From: Candidatus Thorarchaeota archaeon
GTDB taxonomy: Archaea; Asgardarchaeota; Thorarchaeia; Thorarchaeales; Thorarchaeaceae
DNA length: 64,000 nucleotides
NCBI GenBank assembly: GCA_004524445.1
Contig: SDNP01000006.1
Coordinates: 36,914-100,913, forward strand
Direction: 5' to 3'
The stretch's first letter is position 1. Each line of letters starts with the position of its first letter. Both the position numbers and the translations under genes were made by a program. The notes beneath the pieces were generated by a model, which saw only the letters and a program-made list of their open reading frames with translations, was not told the origin of the DNA and ran no database searches. This document shows positions 27,486 through 37,747 of this stretch, in pieces.

Positions 27486-29438
27486 TTACACCAACACTAT
27501 TGCTATGAGTAAAAGCATGCAAATCCCCGAAACAAACCATAGAAATGCCCTTGCAAACTGATAGCGCACATCCAACTTCAAGATGGTAGTACAGAATTCA
27601 TATATTCTTTTGGAGAGAGCATGATAGACACGGTCGATATCAGTATTACGGACAAAATTCTCAACATTCAGGATATCTGATTGAATAGTGTATAAGATAT
27701 CAGAGTGAAGCAATGTGTAACGAACACTGTCCTCTCCGCATATGAATGGCTTGAATGCCTTTTCATCAGGTTCACGTTTGTATTCGGCTCTGCTCATCGA
27801 CAAGAAAACTGCAATTAGGAACACAGAAAGAAAAACCAACATAGATACAGCAATAGCAATGGGGCTCCAAATCCCCCCAAAAACTGGGATAACGAGGAAT
27901 TGAATGACCCTATCAATTGGCATTCCAAGTTGAACAATGCTTGGGAAAATCAGACCGGCCAATAGGGTCATCGGGTCGATTCCGATGATGACAATCAGTC
28001 CTGCCAACAAGAGCATTGGAATGAGCATGAAAAGGGGTGGGTCGCTGATACCAGTGCCAATGGCACTATCACTTCTTGCAAGGAAGACCGAGTAGAGCAT
28101 TCGTGTTGCTATTACAATGTGTATCAGTTCACCTAATATCCCAATAAACAAAAAGAAGGGAGAACTGACTTCAATCGCTGAAACCATGACCAAATATTTC
28201 GCAATGAATTCACTTAGTAAAGGCAGCCCCGCTATTGCTAACACACTTAACGCAGCACAAGATGCAGTGATAGGCATGGATTGATAGAGCCCCCCTAGAT
28301 CATCAATATGACGTTTCCCTGTTCTTAGGATAACGGCACCAGAGCATAGAAAAAGAAGGCCCACAACTAGTAGATGTGACATTGTATAAAAGAGGCTTGC
28401 AGTGACACTAAACGGGAATCCGAGTCCTAGGGCGATGAAGACAAAACCCATTTCGGAGGCCGCGCCATAAGCCACAATGCGAGGCAGATCTGTTTCGATG
28501 ACGGCATTTATCGCACCGATGATGAGCGTAATACTTCCAACCATCGATATGATAAACCCAGCAGTGTTGATGTTACCAAATAACTGAACTAGAGGCACAA
28601 TCGGGAGAAAGGCAAAAGCAGGTTCAAACGATTGGAAAACCAAGCGTAGAAGGAGATAGACCCCGGCAATATCGCATGCAACGAATAGAGCCATTGTTGA
28701 TGATGGCGCAGCTGTTGCATCAGCGAACCATGTATGAAAAGGAAACTGTATTCCTTTCGGAAGAACGGCCAGTAATGTTAAAGGAATGAGAATTGGTAGC
28801 ATAATCGCAAGAAGCGCCGGATTTCGTGCTATACTTCGAATTTGAAGTGTTCCAATAGTTGTCGAAACGAGTACAGTCAACGAAAATAGCCCAAGCCCGC
28901 CGGCATGTGTCATGACAAACGCCTTGAACGCAGCATCTGAGCTCTTCTCATGCGATATCAGCATATAGAGTGAGAGAGTCATTATCTCCCAAAACACAAG
29001 CAATGTCAAGAGGTCTGCCGAGAATAAAGTCCCAACTAGTCCACCGACCAGAATCAGAGAGAAAGAAAATGTTCGGTCAGCCATCAATTCCTCCGCCAGG
29101 TCGTCAGTGTTCGTGAAATAGCCAATCCCATATGTCACGACAAGTACGCCAAAAAGCGTACCAAAAATAGAGAAAGAAAGAGAGAGTATATCGATATATA
29201 CTCCTATTTCCAAGTCAATAAACATTAGCCTAAGTGTAAAGAAGTAGATTTCGATGGGCGAAACAAGCACATTCGGAAGCAAAGCAAAAGATCCTAAAAA
29301 GGGGAAGAATGCTGCAATCAAACAGAGCCATTTTGAGTAGGTACCAAAACGAGATAGCTTCGCGAGTAGATACGAAAATACACCAATAAACAGCGGAACA
29401 AGAAGAGTGAGTATAGCTATTATGGAAATGTATGTCAT
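27486..29438 (-). CDS. Antiporter-like subunit (MrpA/NuoL/HyfB-type)
   Basis: LLVFWEIMTLSLYMLI, KGIQFPFHTW and LGGLYQSMP motifs; C-terminal PFICGE. Confidence 0.9.
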   Translation of the reverse strand: MTYISIIAILTLLVPLFIGVFSYLLAKLSRFGTYSKWLCLIAAFFPFLGSFALLPNVLVSPIEIYFFTLRLMFIDLEIGVYIDILSLSFSIFGTLFGVLVVTYGIGYFTNTDDLAEELMADRTFSFSLILVGGLVGTLFSADLLTLLVFWEIMTLSLYMLISHEKSSDAAFKAFVMTHAGGLGLFSLTVLVSTTIGTLQIRSIARNPALLAIMLPILIPLTLLAVLPKGIQFPFHTWFADATAAPSSTMALFVACDIAGVYLLLRLVFQSFEPAFAFLPIVPLVQLFGNINTAGFIISMVGSITLIIGAINAVIETDLPRIVAYGAASEMGFVFIALGLGFPFSVTASLFYTMSHLLVVGLLFLCSGAVILRTGKRHIDDLGGLYQSMPITASCAALSVLAIAGLPLLSEFIAKYLVMVSAIEVSSPFFLFIGILGELIHIVIATRMLYSVFLARSDSAIGTGISDPPLFMLIPMLLLAGLIVIIGIDPMTLLAGLIFPSIVQLGMPIDRVIQFLVIPVFGGIWSPIAIAVSMLVFLSVFLIAVFLSMSRAEYKREPDEKAFKPFICGEDSVRYTLLHSDILYTIQSDILNVENFVRNTDIDRVYHALSKRIYEFCTTILKLDVRYQFARAFLWFVSGICMLLLIAIVLV

Positions 29439-30108
29439 ATCTTTACCTCTTTATCCATGGGTTTCTTTGGACTTGCAAGAGAATCTTGTTTCCTCATTCT
29501 TATTCATCTTTGTCCTATTATTTCTAATGTTGTAATGACAATCTCGCTGTCAAATTGTTCCAAGATGCCTGACATTCTTGGTATGCCATTCCAAAGAGGA
29601 AAAGCTGCTATCAATGCGGGCCGCAATTACTATTACGGAATTGATTACATATGACAGATTCAGATCTGCTTGATAATTGAGGGTGTAAGCTGCCTGTAAA
29701 TGTTTCTTCAGTACCAATATGCTTAGTGGCCTAATATGAGAGTTTGGAAAGCTTCTAGATATGCTTCCGACTATACTAGTGAGCCAACTGCTAAGCCTGA
29801 ATGAAGCTTGTAACCAAGATTCTCATGGAGGATCGGTTCTTGTCGAGGGGTTTCTTGCTATCAAGGAATGTGCAAAATAGCAATGGACCGCAACAATTTT
29901 CCTGCTCGCTCAAGTGAGGAGGTAACTAGTATAAGATATGCCATTGGTATTTTTTTGTTTCTGTAATTGGGGCAACCTGTTGAGAAGGCGTTAGAATAAG
30001 TCTGTAGTAAGACAATTCAAATATCACGCTTACATCATCTAGTTTTGCAGCAAAGCATTTCATCCATCTTGATATGCTGAATTCGTGTAAAGGAGTTCCA
30101 GGGCAAAA

Positions 30109-31182
30109 ATGGTTAGAATTGCTCACATATCCGATTCACATCTGGGGGCATCTATGTTCCAATTGGTTGAACGTAGGGAGGATGCCAGAAAGTGTTTGGA
30201 GAAGGCTATGGATATGTGCCTTCGGCATTCACCTGATGTCATTGTACACACAGGAGATTTGTTTGATAGCCCCTTTGCGAATGTTGAGGATCAGACCTTC
30301 GTCAATGACTTACTCAAGCGCGTGAGCAAGAAGGCGCCAATTATTCTGATAAAAGGAAATCACGATATCCCGTTTGGTTGGCGCTACTCTCAAAGTCCCA
30401 TTCGACTTCTTGAGAGCAATGACTTGGTGATTTCTACAGGTGACAGTGACACTCGCATATTCAAGATGGAATTTGATGGCGAAGTTGTCGAATTTCACCT
30501 GATTTCTTGGACTAATGCAAGGAGCATGAATCGCCTACTCAATAAGATGGCACCAAAAACTGATACTGCCGTTCTGCTTGCTCATCATTTGACGGTATCA
30601 AAAGATCGATTGCCAATCCACTACAACTATACAGGCATAGGTCATGCTCATAACTTCTGGTTGGATGAAGAATACGACATTGGACGTCCTGGATCCACAT
30701 GTGTAGTTGATTGGCGACGAGAAATGAGTGGAAGCAGCAAGCTCATTGTCGTCGATATTTGCAAGACCGGCAATGAATATACCACTGAATCTCTGAATGA
30801 TGTTAGAGAGTTCAAATACTGGCCCGGATTTGATATCACGGGCATGGGACCTGCAGAAGTAAACAACAAAATGAAGCAGTGGATTGGCAGACTCTCACCT
30901 AAGAAGAAATCAAAACCTATTGTAATTATCAACGTGAATGGAGTTGTAGACTCAGAAACGGAACGAGGTATTGACAGAAACAAAATAATAAAGTATGGCG
31001 AATCACAAATTGACCCACTTTTCTTACACATTGAATCCAATTGGAAAGTCATAGGTACGGCAGCTGTTGAGTTGTCCGAACCACTGAATGTAGAGAAATC
31101 TGTGAAGGAATACGTTGAGCAGATGCAGACAGAATATGAAGATGAGCTTCTTACAATGCTTCAAGATATTGTGGGAGGGTGA
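30109..31182 (+). CDS. mre11: Mre11/SbcD-family metallophosphoesterase nuclease
   Basis: DSHLG, GDLFD, GNHD and GHAH motifs. Confidence 0.88.
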   Translation: MVRIAHISDSHLGASMFQLVERREDARKCLEKAMDMCLRHSPDVIVHTGDLFDSPFANVEDQTFVNDLLKRVSKKAPIILIKGNHDIPFGWRYSQSPIRLLESNDLVISTGDSDTRIFKMEFDGEVVEFHLISWTNARSMNRLLNKMAPKTDTAVLLAHHLTVSKDRLPIHYNYTGIGHAHNFWLDEEYDIGRPGSTCVVDWRREMSGSSKLIVVDICKTGNEYTTESLNDVREFKYWPGFDITGMGPAEVNNKMKQWIGRLSPKKKSKPIVIINVNGVVDSETERGIDRNKIIKYGESQIDPLFLHIESNWKVIGTAAVELSEPLNVEKSVKEYVEQMQTEYEDELLTMLQDIVGG

Positions 31183-32477
31183 CGATATTGCTAAAACGCC
31201 TGGATATGCGCAATTTCAAGGTTTTCACAGATCAGGTATTTGAATTCACGCCGGGTACTACTTCAATAGTTGGTCCCAACGGTTCTGGAAAGACTACAAT
31301 CCTAGAAGCAATTGAATTTGCTCTCTTCAAGCGCATCACGAGAAAGGAAAAATCAGTGAGCAAAGTCGAGAAGATGATAAGTCACAATAAACGAAAGTCA
31401 AAGGTCCTCTTGGATTTTGTTGCACCCATCAATAGGAGGCAATATCGAGTTGAACGGTCCATATATCCGGGTGAAACCAAGGCTGACCTATTCTTGGAGG
31501 GCGATAAAGAGCCAATTGCATCTGGTCCTCGGGATGTCAATGACGAAATCGTGAAGCTTCTCGGTGTTGATAGACACGCATTTTCAGCATTAACCTACGT
31601 CCGACAAGGAGAAATTGATAGACTTGCCAGGCAATCACCAAAAAGCCGGCGAAATGATTTGTATGGAATGATGGGGCTAGGGATTTATACCAAGACCTCT
31701 GATCGCGTCCACAAGCGAATGCAATTGGTAAAGAAGGACATAAGCCAACGTAAGGAAACTATAACAAGGCTACAAGAAATCAAGGAGCATCTTCCAAGTG
31801 AAGAGGAGCTTGAAAAGGTGAATTCGGCACTTGCTTCAATCTCTAAAGATGATAATTTGCAGGAAGACCTCGAAGTAATTCGTTCAGTTATCGATAAGGT
31901 CAAAGAGTCTGTCACGAAAGTGGATCATGAGTTATTCTCAACTGAACTGACCGACGAATTTGAAAATCTTAAGGATGAGTCAGAAATATCAAAGACCCTT
32001 AAGCGGATTCTTCTGTCAATCCCGGATATTGCAGAGTCTCAATTACGTCCGCATATCCGTAGCGAAGCCAGAGAGATTTTCAGAGGAATTTTCGGGGATC
32101 GCTATAGCGACCTTGTCATTGATGATGATTATGATGTGACTCTTTTTGACTTGCGCGGGAACGAAGTCCCTCTAAGAGCAGCTTCGGGCGGTGAGGATGT
32201 CTGTGTGAATTTTGCCTTGAGAGTTGGCGTTAATACTGCTCTTCAGAAGCACTCTGTTGCGGTGCCCCCTCCTGGATTGTTGATTTTAGATGAACCCGGG
32301 GCTGGACTTGATTCGCAGAGACGTCGATGGTTACCAAAGGCAATTCAGGGTCTCAAGGCCGTGGAGCAAGTGATTGTTGTAACGCACATGCAAGAGCTGA
32401 AAGAATCGGCCGACAGAATTATTGAGCTGACACCTCAAGGAAAGGCTCGGCAACCAATCGTGGAGCTGACTGAATAG
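31179..32477 (+). CDS. Miniature Rad50/SbcC-like ABC ATPase without zinc hook
   Basis: GPNGSGKTT, YVRQGEI, ASGGE, LILDEP and VVTH motifs; GTGA overlap with mre11. Confidence 0.88.
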   Translation: MTILLKRLDMRNFKVFTDQVFEFTPGTTSIVGPNGSGKTTILEAIEFALFKRITRKEKSVSKVEKMISHNKRKSKVLLDFVAPINRRQYRVERSIYPGETKADLFLEGDKEPIASGPRDVNDEIVKLLGVDRHAFSALTYVRQGEIDRLARQSPKSRRNDLYGMMGLGIYTKTSDRVHKRMQLVKKDISQRKETITRLQEIKEHLPSEEELEKVNSALASISKDDNLQEDLEVIRSVIDKVKESVTKVDHELFSTELTDEFENLKDESEISKTLKRILLSIPDIAESQLRPHIRSEAREIFRGIFGDRYSDLVIDDDYDVTLFDLRGNEVPLRAASGGEDVCVNFALRVGVNTALQKHSVAVPPPGLLILDEPGAGLDSQRRRWLPKAIQGLKAVEQVIVVTHMQELKESADRIIELTPQGKARQPIVELTE

Positions 32478-32481
32478 AGCA

Positions 32482-33675
32482 TCATACGTCAAATATCTCT
32501 TTTTTCTTATCCTTCACTATCTCCTTGGTTCGAATCATCCTTCGTATCTTGAGAGCAACCTTTCTATCTCCAAGAGATATTCCTCCTACCATAACGTCAT
32601 CTTTTAGCACCGCTTTGAAATACGTACCTTCAGATTCATTTGCTGATGTGATTGATTCGTATTCCGGCGATTGGGGATTGAACTCGCCTATTGATGTCAG
32701 ATTGATTCCGGCTACCTGCAATGTATTTGATGGTGTTGTTCCATCGTACTTTTTTGAGCCATGCGCCATGATATTGATCGCAGCTATTTTCGCTGTTTCT
32801 AGTGCAACTGGAATTATGCCCCAACAGATGCCTTTCCATTCGGTGCAATCACCAGCGGCGTAGATACTATCTGATGTTGTTTGCATGTATTCATCCACAA
32901 GGATCCCCTTGCCAGGCCCAACAGCTATATTCGCCTGTCTCGCTAGATGGGTGTTCGGGCGTATCCCAGTGGTCATAACCACCATATCGCCCTTCACCTT
33001 ATCACCCTCTGTTGATACGACGCCTGTGGCATGCCCCGGCCCAGTGACTTCAGTGCACGTAAAACCGAGAAGGGCTGTTATACCCATATTTCCCAATCTT
33101 TTGAGCAGGATGTTGCTGGCGCCTTGGTCTAGCTGTGCTGGTAAGAGGGTGGATATATTAGAAATAACGATAGGATTTCCCCCTGCAGCCTTCATTGCGG
33201 CGGCTAACTCAATTCCTAGAATCCCGCCTCCGACAATTATCTCTCTTCCAGCACCATCAACCGAGTTAGAGATATCTATGGCATCATCCAATGTACGCAG
33301 TATATGTACTCGCTCTTTTTCCACTCCCCTAATTGGTGGAACGAATGGATGGCTTCCCACAGCTATCAGGATATTGTCATAATTGAAGTAGGACTGTTTC
33401 TCAGTTAGGATGCTGAGAGAAGAAGGAATGACTTCTATAACTGGCTCTGCAAGATGCAGATTGACATCGTATTCATCATACCACTCATGGCCGTACTGAA
33501 TCACTTCGTCCTTCGAAATTCTTCCAGCAATGTATTCGATGAGTTTTGGCCTTGGATAGTAGGTATATTTTTCATCACTAAAAACGTCAATAGCTACATC
33601 TCTATTTTTGCTGCGGATTTCCCTGATTGCTGTCACTGCAGCAACGCCATTTCCAATGATTCCAATCCTATCCAT
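32482..33675 (-). CDS. NAD(P)/FAD-dependent oxidoreductase (NADH:rubredoxin oxidoreductase-like)
   Basis: GNGVAA, GGGILGIE and IYAAGDC motifs; YPRPKL without a redox Cys. Confidence 0.85.
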   Translation of the reverse strand: MDRIGIIGNGVAAVTAIREIRSKNRDVAIDVFSDEKYTYYPRPKLIEYIAGRISKDEVIQYGHEWYDEYDVNLHLAEPVIEVIPSSLSILTEKQSYFNYDNILIAVGSHPFVPPIRGVEKERVHILRTLDDAIDISNSVDGAGREIIVGGGILGIELAAAMKAAGGNPIVISNISTLLPAQLDQGASNILLKRLGNMGITALLGFTCTEVTGPGHATGVVSTEGDKVKGDMVVMTTGIRPNTHLARQANIAVGPGKGILVDEYMQTTSDSIYAAGDCTEWKGICWGIIPVALETAKIAAINIMAHGSKKYDGTTPSNTLQVAGINLTSIGEFNPQSPEYESITSANESEGTYFKAVLKDDVMVGGISLGDRKVALKIRRMIRTKEIVKDKKKEIFDV

Positions 33676-33849
33676 CTATTTCTCCTTCCTGCTCCATGTC
33701 ATTAAACTAAAATCTTGCTAGAATACTATTATCTTCTATTCCATTTCAGATTGAGCGGCAAAATGAATGTAGCTGTAACAGATATTTGCCTTTCATATTG
33801 AATGTACACAAGGGTTAGGTTTTTCATTCGAATTGGGGGTTCAACACAA

Positions 33850-34578
33850 ATGAAAACCCGAGCCATTCTTTTCGACTTACATCATACACTAACGAGGACG
33901 AAGGAGTCTGTATTCGGTCTCATTCGGCGAATTAGCTTACAGAATGGCATTGACTTAACGGATACCACGGATGCCGATTTGCAGACCGCTTTCAGAGAAG
34001 CTGACAGATTTCTTGCTGAATTTGAAGTCAAGAACAATGTCGGGGCACACTGGGGATCCGAACCCGAGCATTGGATAGAAGCTGACCTGAGAATGTTTCA
34101 GGCTCTCGGAATTGATGACATTGAAAAAAGAAGGATTCTGAAAATTGAGATTGAATTCAAGTATGAAATCTTAGAAACGGATTATGAATATCTTCATGAG
34201 GATTCTAATGAGCTACTAACCCAACTCAGAAAAAGGGGATATGAGTTAGGAATATGTACTCGCCGACATGATGATCCATCAGGGCTTCTAGAGCGGGAAG
34301 GTGTTAAGGATTTGATTTCTTCGGTCACCTGGAGTGGTGTTCCAGGTTACGCTAAGCCCAGTCCCTTTACTCTTTTTGAGGCAAGTGAAACAATAGGCAT
34401 GAATCCCACACTGTGCGCATATGTGGGAAACTTGGTTGAGGTGGATGTCAGAGCAGCTCAAAGAGCTGGAATGCAACCTATCTTGTTGACCTGGGGAAAC
34501 CCAGAAGAGAGCAGCAAGACAGAAGAGCAGGTAATCATCAAGAGGCACCCATTAGAGATTCTAGACGTATTCGACTAG
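33850..34578 (+). CDS. HAD-superfamily hydrolase
   Basis: FDLHHTL (non-canonical DxH), KPSP and YVGN...D motifs. Confidence 0.8.
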   Translation: MKTRAILFDLHHTLTRTKESVFGLIRRISLQNGIDLTDTTDADLQTAFREADRFLAEFEVKNNVGAHWGSEPEHWIEADLRMFQALGIDDIEKRRILKIEIEFKYEILETDYEYLHEDSNELLTQLRKRGYELGICTRRHDDPSGLLEREGVKDLISSVTWSGVPGYAKPSPFTLFEASETIGMNPTLCAYVGNLVEVDVRAAQRAGMQPILLTWGNPEESSKTEEQVIIKRHPLEILDVFD

Positions 34579-34586
34579 ACGCTGAT

Positions 34587-35921
34587 CTATTTATCAGGCA
34601 TGTTACTCCGTTTGTGCGAACCTTTTTCCGATGATGGCGAATCCTTTGATTCTTCTTTTCCTGAAAGAATCCAGTTCCTGATTTTCCTGACAGTCAATCT
34701 AACACACTGGTTGAAGGATTTTATGAGCCTGACAGGAAGAACTAGAATACCAAAGATGGTTCTGAGAACCTTGTCTTTTGCTGTGGCTTTCTCGGGATAC
34801 GCCATATAAGAGAGAGTATGTTGTCTAAGCAAATCGTCGAGAGCAGCTGCGAAAGCTTCCTTTTCCAAGGCTGAAAGATTTAGTCCCTTGAAAATATCAC
34901 TCTGTAGAAAGCTATCTTTGTCCATTACGCTCTTCCACTTCAGATACTTCGCTTTCTCAACAATGGAATTCAAGCTGTATACGAGATCGCCCAAGAATGG
35001 GACTAGCGACTTATGAACAGCTGTGGGGGTTGGTTCTGCCTCGAACTCCTTGTATAGGAATCTGGCTGGACCTAGACCATAAACTGGTGGCTTGAACCAA
35101 AGGATATGCAGGAGCCCCTCAATCTTCCTCAGTGCAGTTTTATTTCTCCTTTCAATGTGATCAGGGAGTTCATCCAATACAGCTTCTCTGGCAATATCAA
35201 AAGCACCCGCTTTAAGGCTCTCCCATGTTCTCTCCAAATCGATTACAGATTTCGCAAATCGGTAGAATTTGAAGTCCAAGGTTTCCTCTATTTCTTCATT
35301 ACTGACGACTTCCGTTTCCTTCTGAGTGGAAATCTCATTCCCTCCGGCAATCTCCCATAATGTCTGGAACAAATCAAATCGATATCTAACTTCCCTTGGC
35401 AGTTCTAACCTTAGGGCATGATCTCCTGGCTGCGCAACCAGATATGAGTTCTCTAACATATCTTCTATAGAATCAAATTGGCTTACATTCTCTGGAAACA
35501 GGTTTGCTGCTCCATGACCTGTGGTTGACCAGCAATACATTTCGCCTGATTCGAGGTCCTGTTCAATGATTATTCGCTCTTTATCCCCAAGGTGGTCAAA
35601 TTGACTGGTGAATCCCTTACTATATGCCATAATTGCATAGACAACGTATCTCTCTTTCCCCTTTTTCAACCCCGGCATTCTCAGGACTAGCCCGATTGTA
35701 TCGAGTGGCTCTCCACTTGTTAACCAGTCGCCTGTTGTCTGATTCCACTCCCATCTGTCACCCAACTCGTAGAATACTTCTCGAAGGCTTCGCAAGTCTA
35801 CAGCTTGTTTCGCTTTTTCTAATGTTTCTTGTTGCCAAGATTCATATTCTCGCCTAAGTCGATCCATACTTTCTCTTTCAAAATCTAGCCATCTAGATTC
35901 GACCTTCAGCTTGACTTTCAT
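34587..35921 (-). CDS. Hypothetical protein with Vps62/NPP1-like motifs
   Basis: DHLGDKERIII...WSTTGHG...LVAQPGDHAL. Confidence 0.55.
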   Translation of the reverse strand: MKVKLKVESRWLDFERESMDRLRREYESWQQETLEKAKQAVDLRSLREVFYELGDRWEWNQTTGDWLTSGEPLDTIGLVLRMPGLKKGKERYVVYAIMAYSKGFTSQFDHLGDKERIIIEQDLESGEMYCWSTTGHGAANLFPENVSQFDSIEDMLENSYLVAQPGDHALRLELPREVRYRFDLFQTLWEIAGGNEISTQKETEVVSNEEIEETLDFKFYRFAKSVIDLERTWESLKAGAFDIAREAVLDELPDHIERRNKTALRKIEGLLHILWFKPPVYGLGPARFLYKEFEAEPTPTAVHKSLVPFLGDLVYSLNSIVEKAKYLKWKSVMDKDSFLQSDIFKGLNLSALEKEAFAAALDDLLRQHTLSYMAYPEKATAKDKVLRTIFGILVLPVRLIKSFNQCVRLTVRKIRNWILSGKEESKDSPSSEKGSHKRSNMPDK

Positions 35922-36072
35922 TAGGATATCACACAATTTGATTGGGTTTCAACTGTCTACTTGGATTCACTGCAGTTACAAATATTGATTAGTGCATTGT
36001 TGAAATCGATATTGGTTGTGCCTCTTATGGATGTTGCTTACCCACCCTATTTCACGTGGACCTGAATCAATA

Positions 36073-37059
36073 TCAAGCAGTCGATATTTCTAGTAGTATG
36101 CTATTCAACATGACCTTGGTTGGACTACTATCAACATACATAAAAATATGAGAGCTTGGCATAGCCATTTTGAATTGTTCCATATCCCACTTGAGAACTA
36201 TTTCTCCTTCTCTCCTTCTTGCTTCCAATTTCCAATCTTTAGCTTTCTTGACCATCTCTTCAATCTTACTCAGCACTTGGTCAAATTCCCCGGAGATCTT
36301 GATGATTATTTCCTCACCAATAGGATGCTGAATACTTAGTTTCAGAAGAACGATAATTTCACTACTTAGTTGCGTTTCCACTATGATATTCTGAGCAACC
36401 TTCTTGTTCCGTTTTTCTCTCCACTCGATAGCATATTTGGTAGAATTTGGCAATTTGGCGTTTAGGTATTCCAAATGAGTGGTCACAAGATATTCAATCT
36501 GATGGATTTCGCCAGGAGAATGGGCAATTTCCGCAAGGGCGTATCCAGCGTAGTAAGAAATAATTGCAATCCCTAAGAGTACAAAAGCTCCGATTGAGCA
36601 AATGAGTGTAATTCCGAAGATTAGTAATAAGAGTGTGCTTCCCAGAGACCAAACTGCGACAGCAAACCATGCAATGTCAGTGACATCATCCTCCGCAGAC
36701 CCCGATGCGCTTTCAACTGCCAATTCCAATCTTTCGAAGAAATTGCCCACATCTCTAATGCTTACATTTTTTCTATGGACTTTCCAATCCTTGCCAAGAC
36801 GCGATGGATTGAGGAAACTTATGCTCTGCTTGGCGCGAATGCCGGAGGAATACAGGAATCTTGAAAGAAAAGCTCCCATGATCAGCTGAAATCCCAGAGT
36901 GAAGACGCCTTGGAGAATCGGATTCTCCAGCCTGCAGATGAATATCAAAACAGGGGTTAGCACAACAATGAGGACTATGGAGATTAAGAGCAGAAAGAAA
37001 TGGTGCCGGATCGCATCAGACTTATCCAAAAACACCAAATTCCTGTTTCTCTTCAGCAA
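36073..37059 (-). CDS. Hypothetical membrane protein (about 4 TM)
   Basis: Long ORF with two hydrophobic hairpins. Confidence 0.7.
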   Translation of the reverse strand: MLKRNRNLVFLDKSDAIRHHFFLLLISIVLIVVLTPVLIFICRLENPILQGVFTLGFQLIMGAFLSRFLYSSGIRAKQSISFLNPSRLGKDWKVHRKNVSIRDVGNFFERLELAVESASGSAEDDVTDIAWFAVAVWSLGSTLLLLIFGITLICSIGAFVLLGIAIISYYAGYALAEIAHSPGEIHQIEYLVTTHLEYLNAKLPNSTKYAIEWREKRNKKVAQNIIVETQLSSEIIVLLKLSIQHPIGEEIIIKISGEFDQVLSKIEEMVKKAKDWKLEARRREGEIVLKWDMEQFKMAMPSSHIFMYVDSSPTKVMLNSILLEISTA

Positions 37060-37194
37060 TGAAATCTCCCCTTCGGTACAAAAAGCAATAGATCCCCTTA
37101 TGATAAATGTTGTTTGAGAAGAGAACGAATGAAAAACCTATTTGGGGAGTAGCGAATCTACCTGTTCAATGTTATGACAGTATTTACTCATTGG

Positions 37195-37590
37195 TTACTT
37201 TATGAAGAAGATATCCCCCCGACTTTCATTGGTGACCACGCTTATCTGCATATCAGTTTCTAGCACGTATGTGGCATCAATCGCCTTGACCACTGCCATC
37301 CTCTCTCTTGCATGTGCAATAGCAGCGAAATCACTTATTGGTTTTCCAAATTCTGTTATTACTACCATGACTTCTTGAAAGAGCTGGTCGATAAAACCCG
37401 GGTGTTCTGAAAAATATTCTTGCAGGTCCTTATGCAATGCTACGATATCGTAATCATCCCAGCTGCGATCCAACTCATCTGAGCTTTTTGCAACAAACAC
37501 AGGTCCGGAGAATTCTCCGTCGACACCAACTGATTCTCCGCGCAGTATTGGAAACAACCGTAAATCATTATCATCATTCGGGTCAGACAT
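37195..37590 (-). CDS. Stand-alone PEP-utiliser swivelling (phosphohistidine) domain homolog
   Basis: LRGESVG...SGPVFV...VITEFGKPISDFAAIAHARERMAVVKAIDATYVL aligns by eye to the GGxTSHAAIVARELGIPAVV...AT pattern. Confidence 0.6.
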   Translation of the reverse strand: MSDPNDDNDLRLFPILRGESVGVDGEFSGPVFVAKSSDELDRSWDDYDIVALHKDLQEYFSEHPGFIDQLFQEVMVVITEFGKPISDFAAIAHARERMAVVKAIDATYVLETDMQISVVTNESRGDIFFIK

Positions 37591-37747
37591 TTTTCTACAA
37601 CCCACTGCATCTTGCTCTATAGCTCGTCTGTAACAGGTCTGATATCGCTAGCCTTTAATGTTTGCTGCGTGAATACACATCAAGAACGGACAAACTTCAT
37701 CTAGTACTTATGTATATGTTTGTTCTGGGTCAGAGGTCTTGGTGAAT

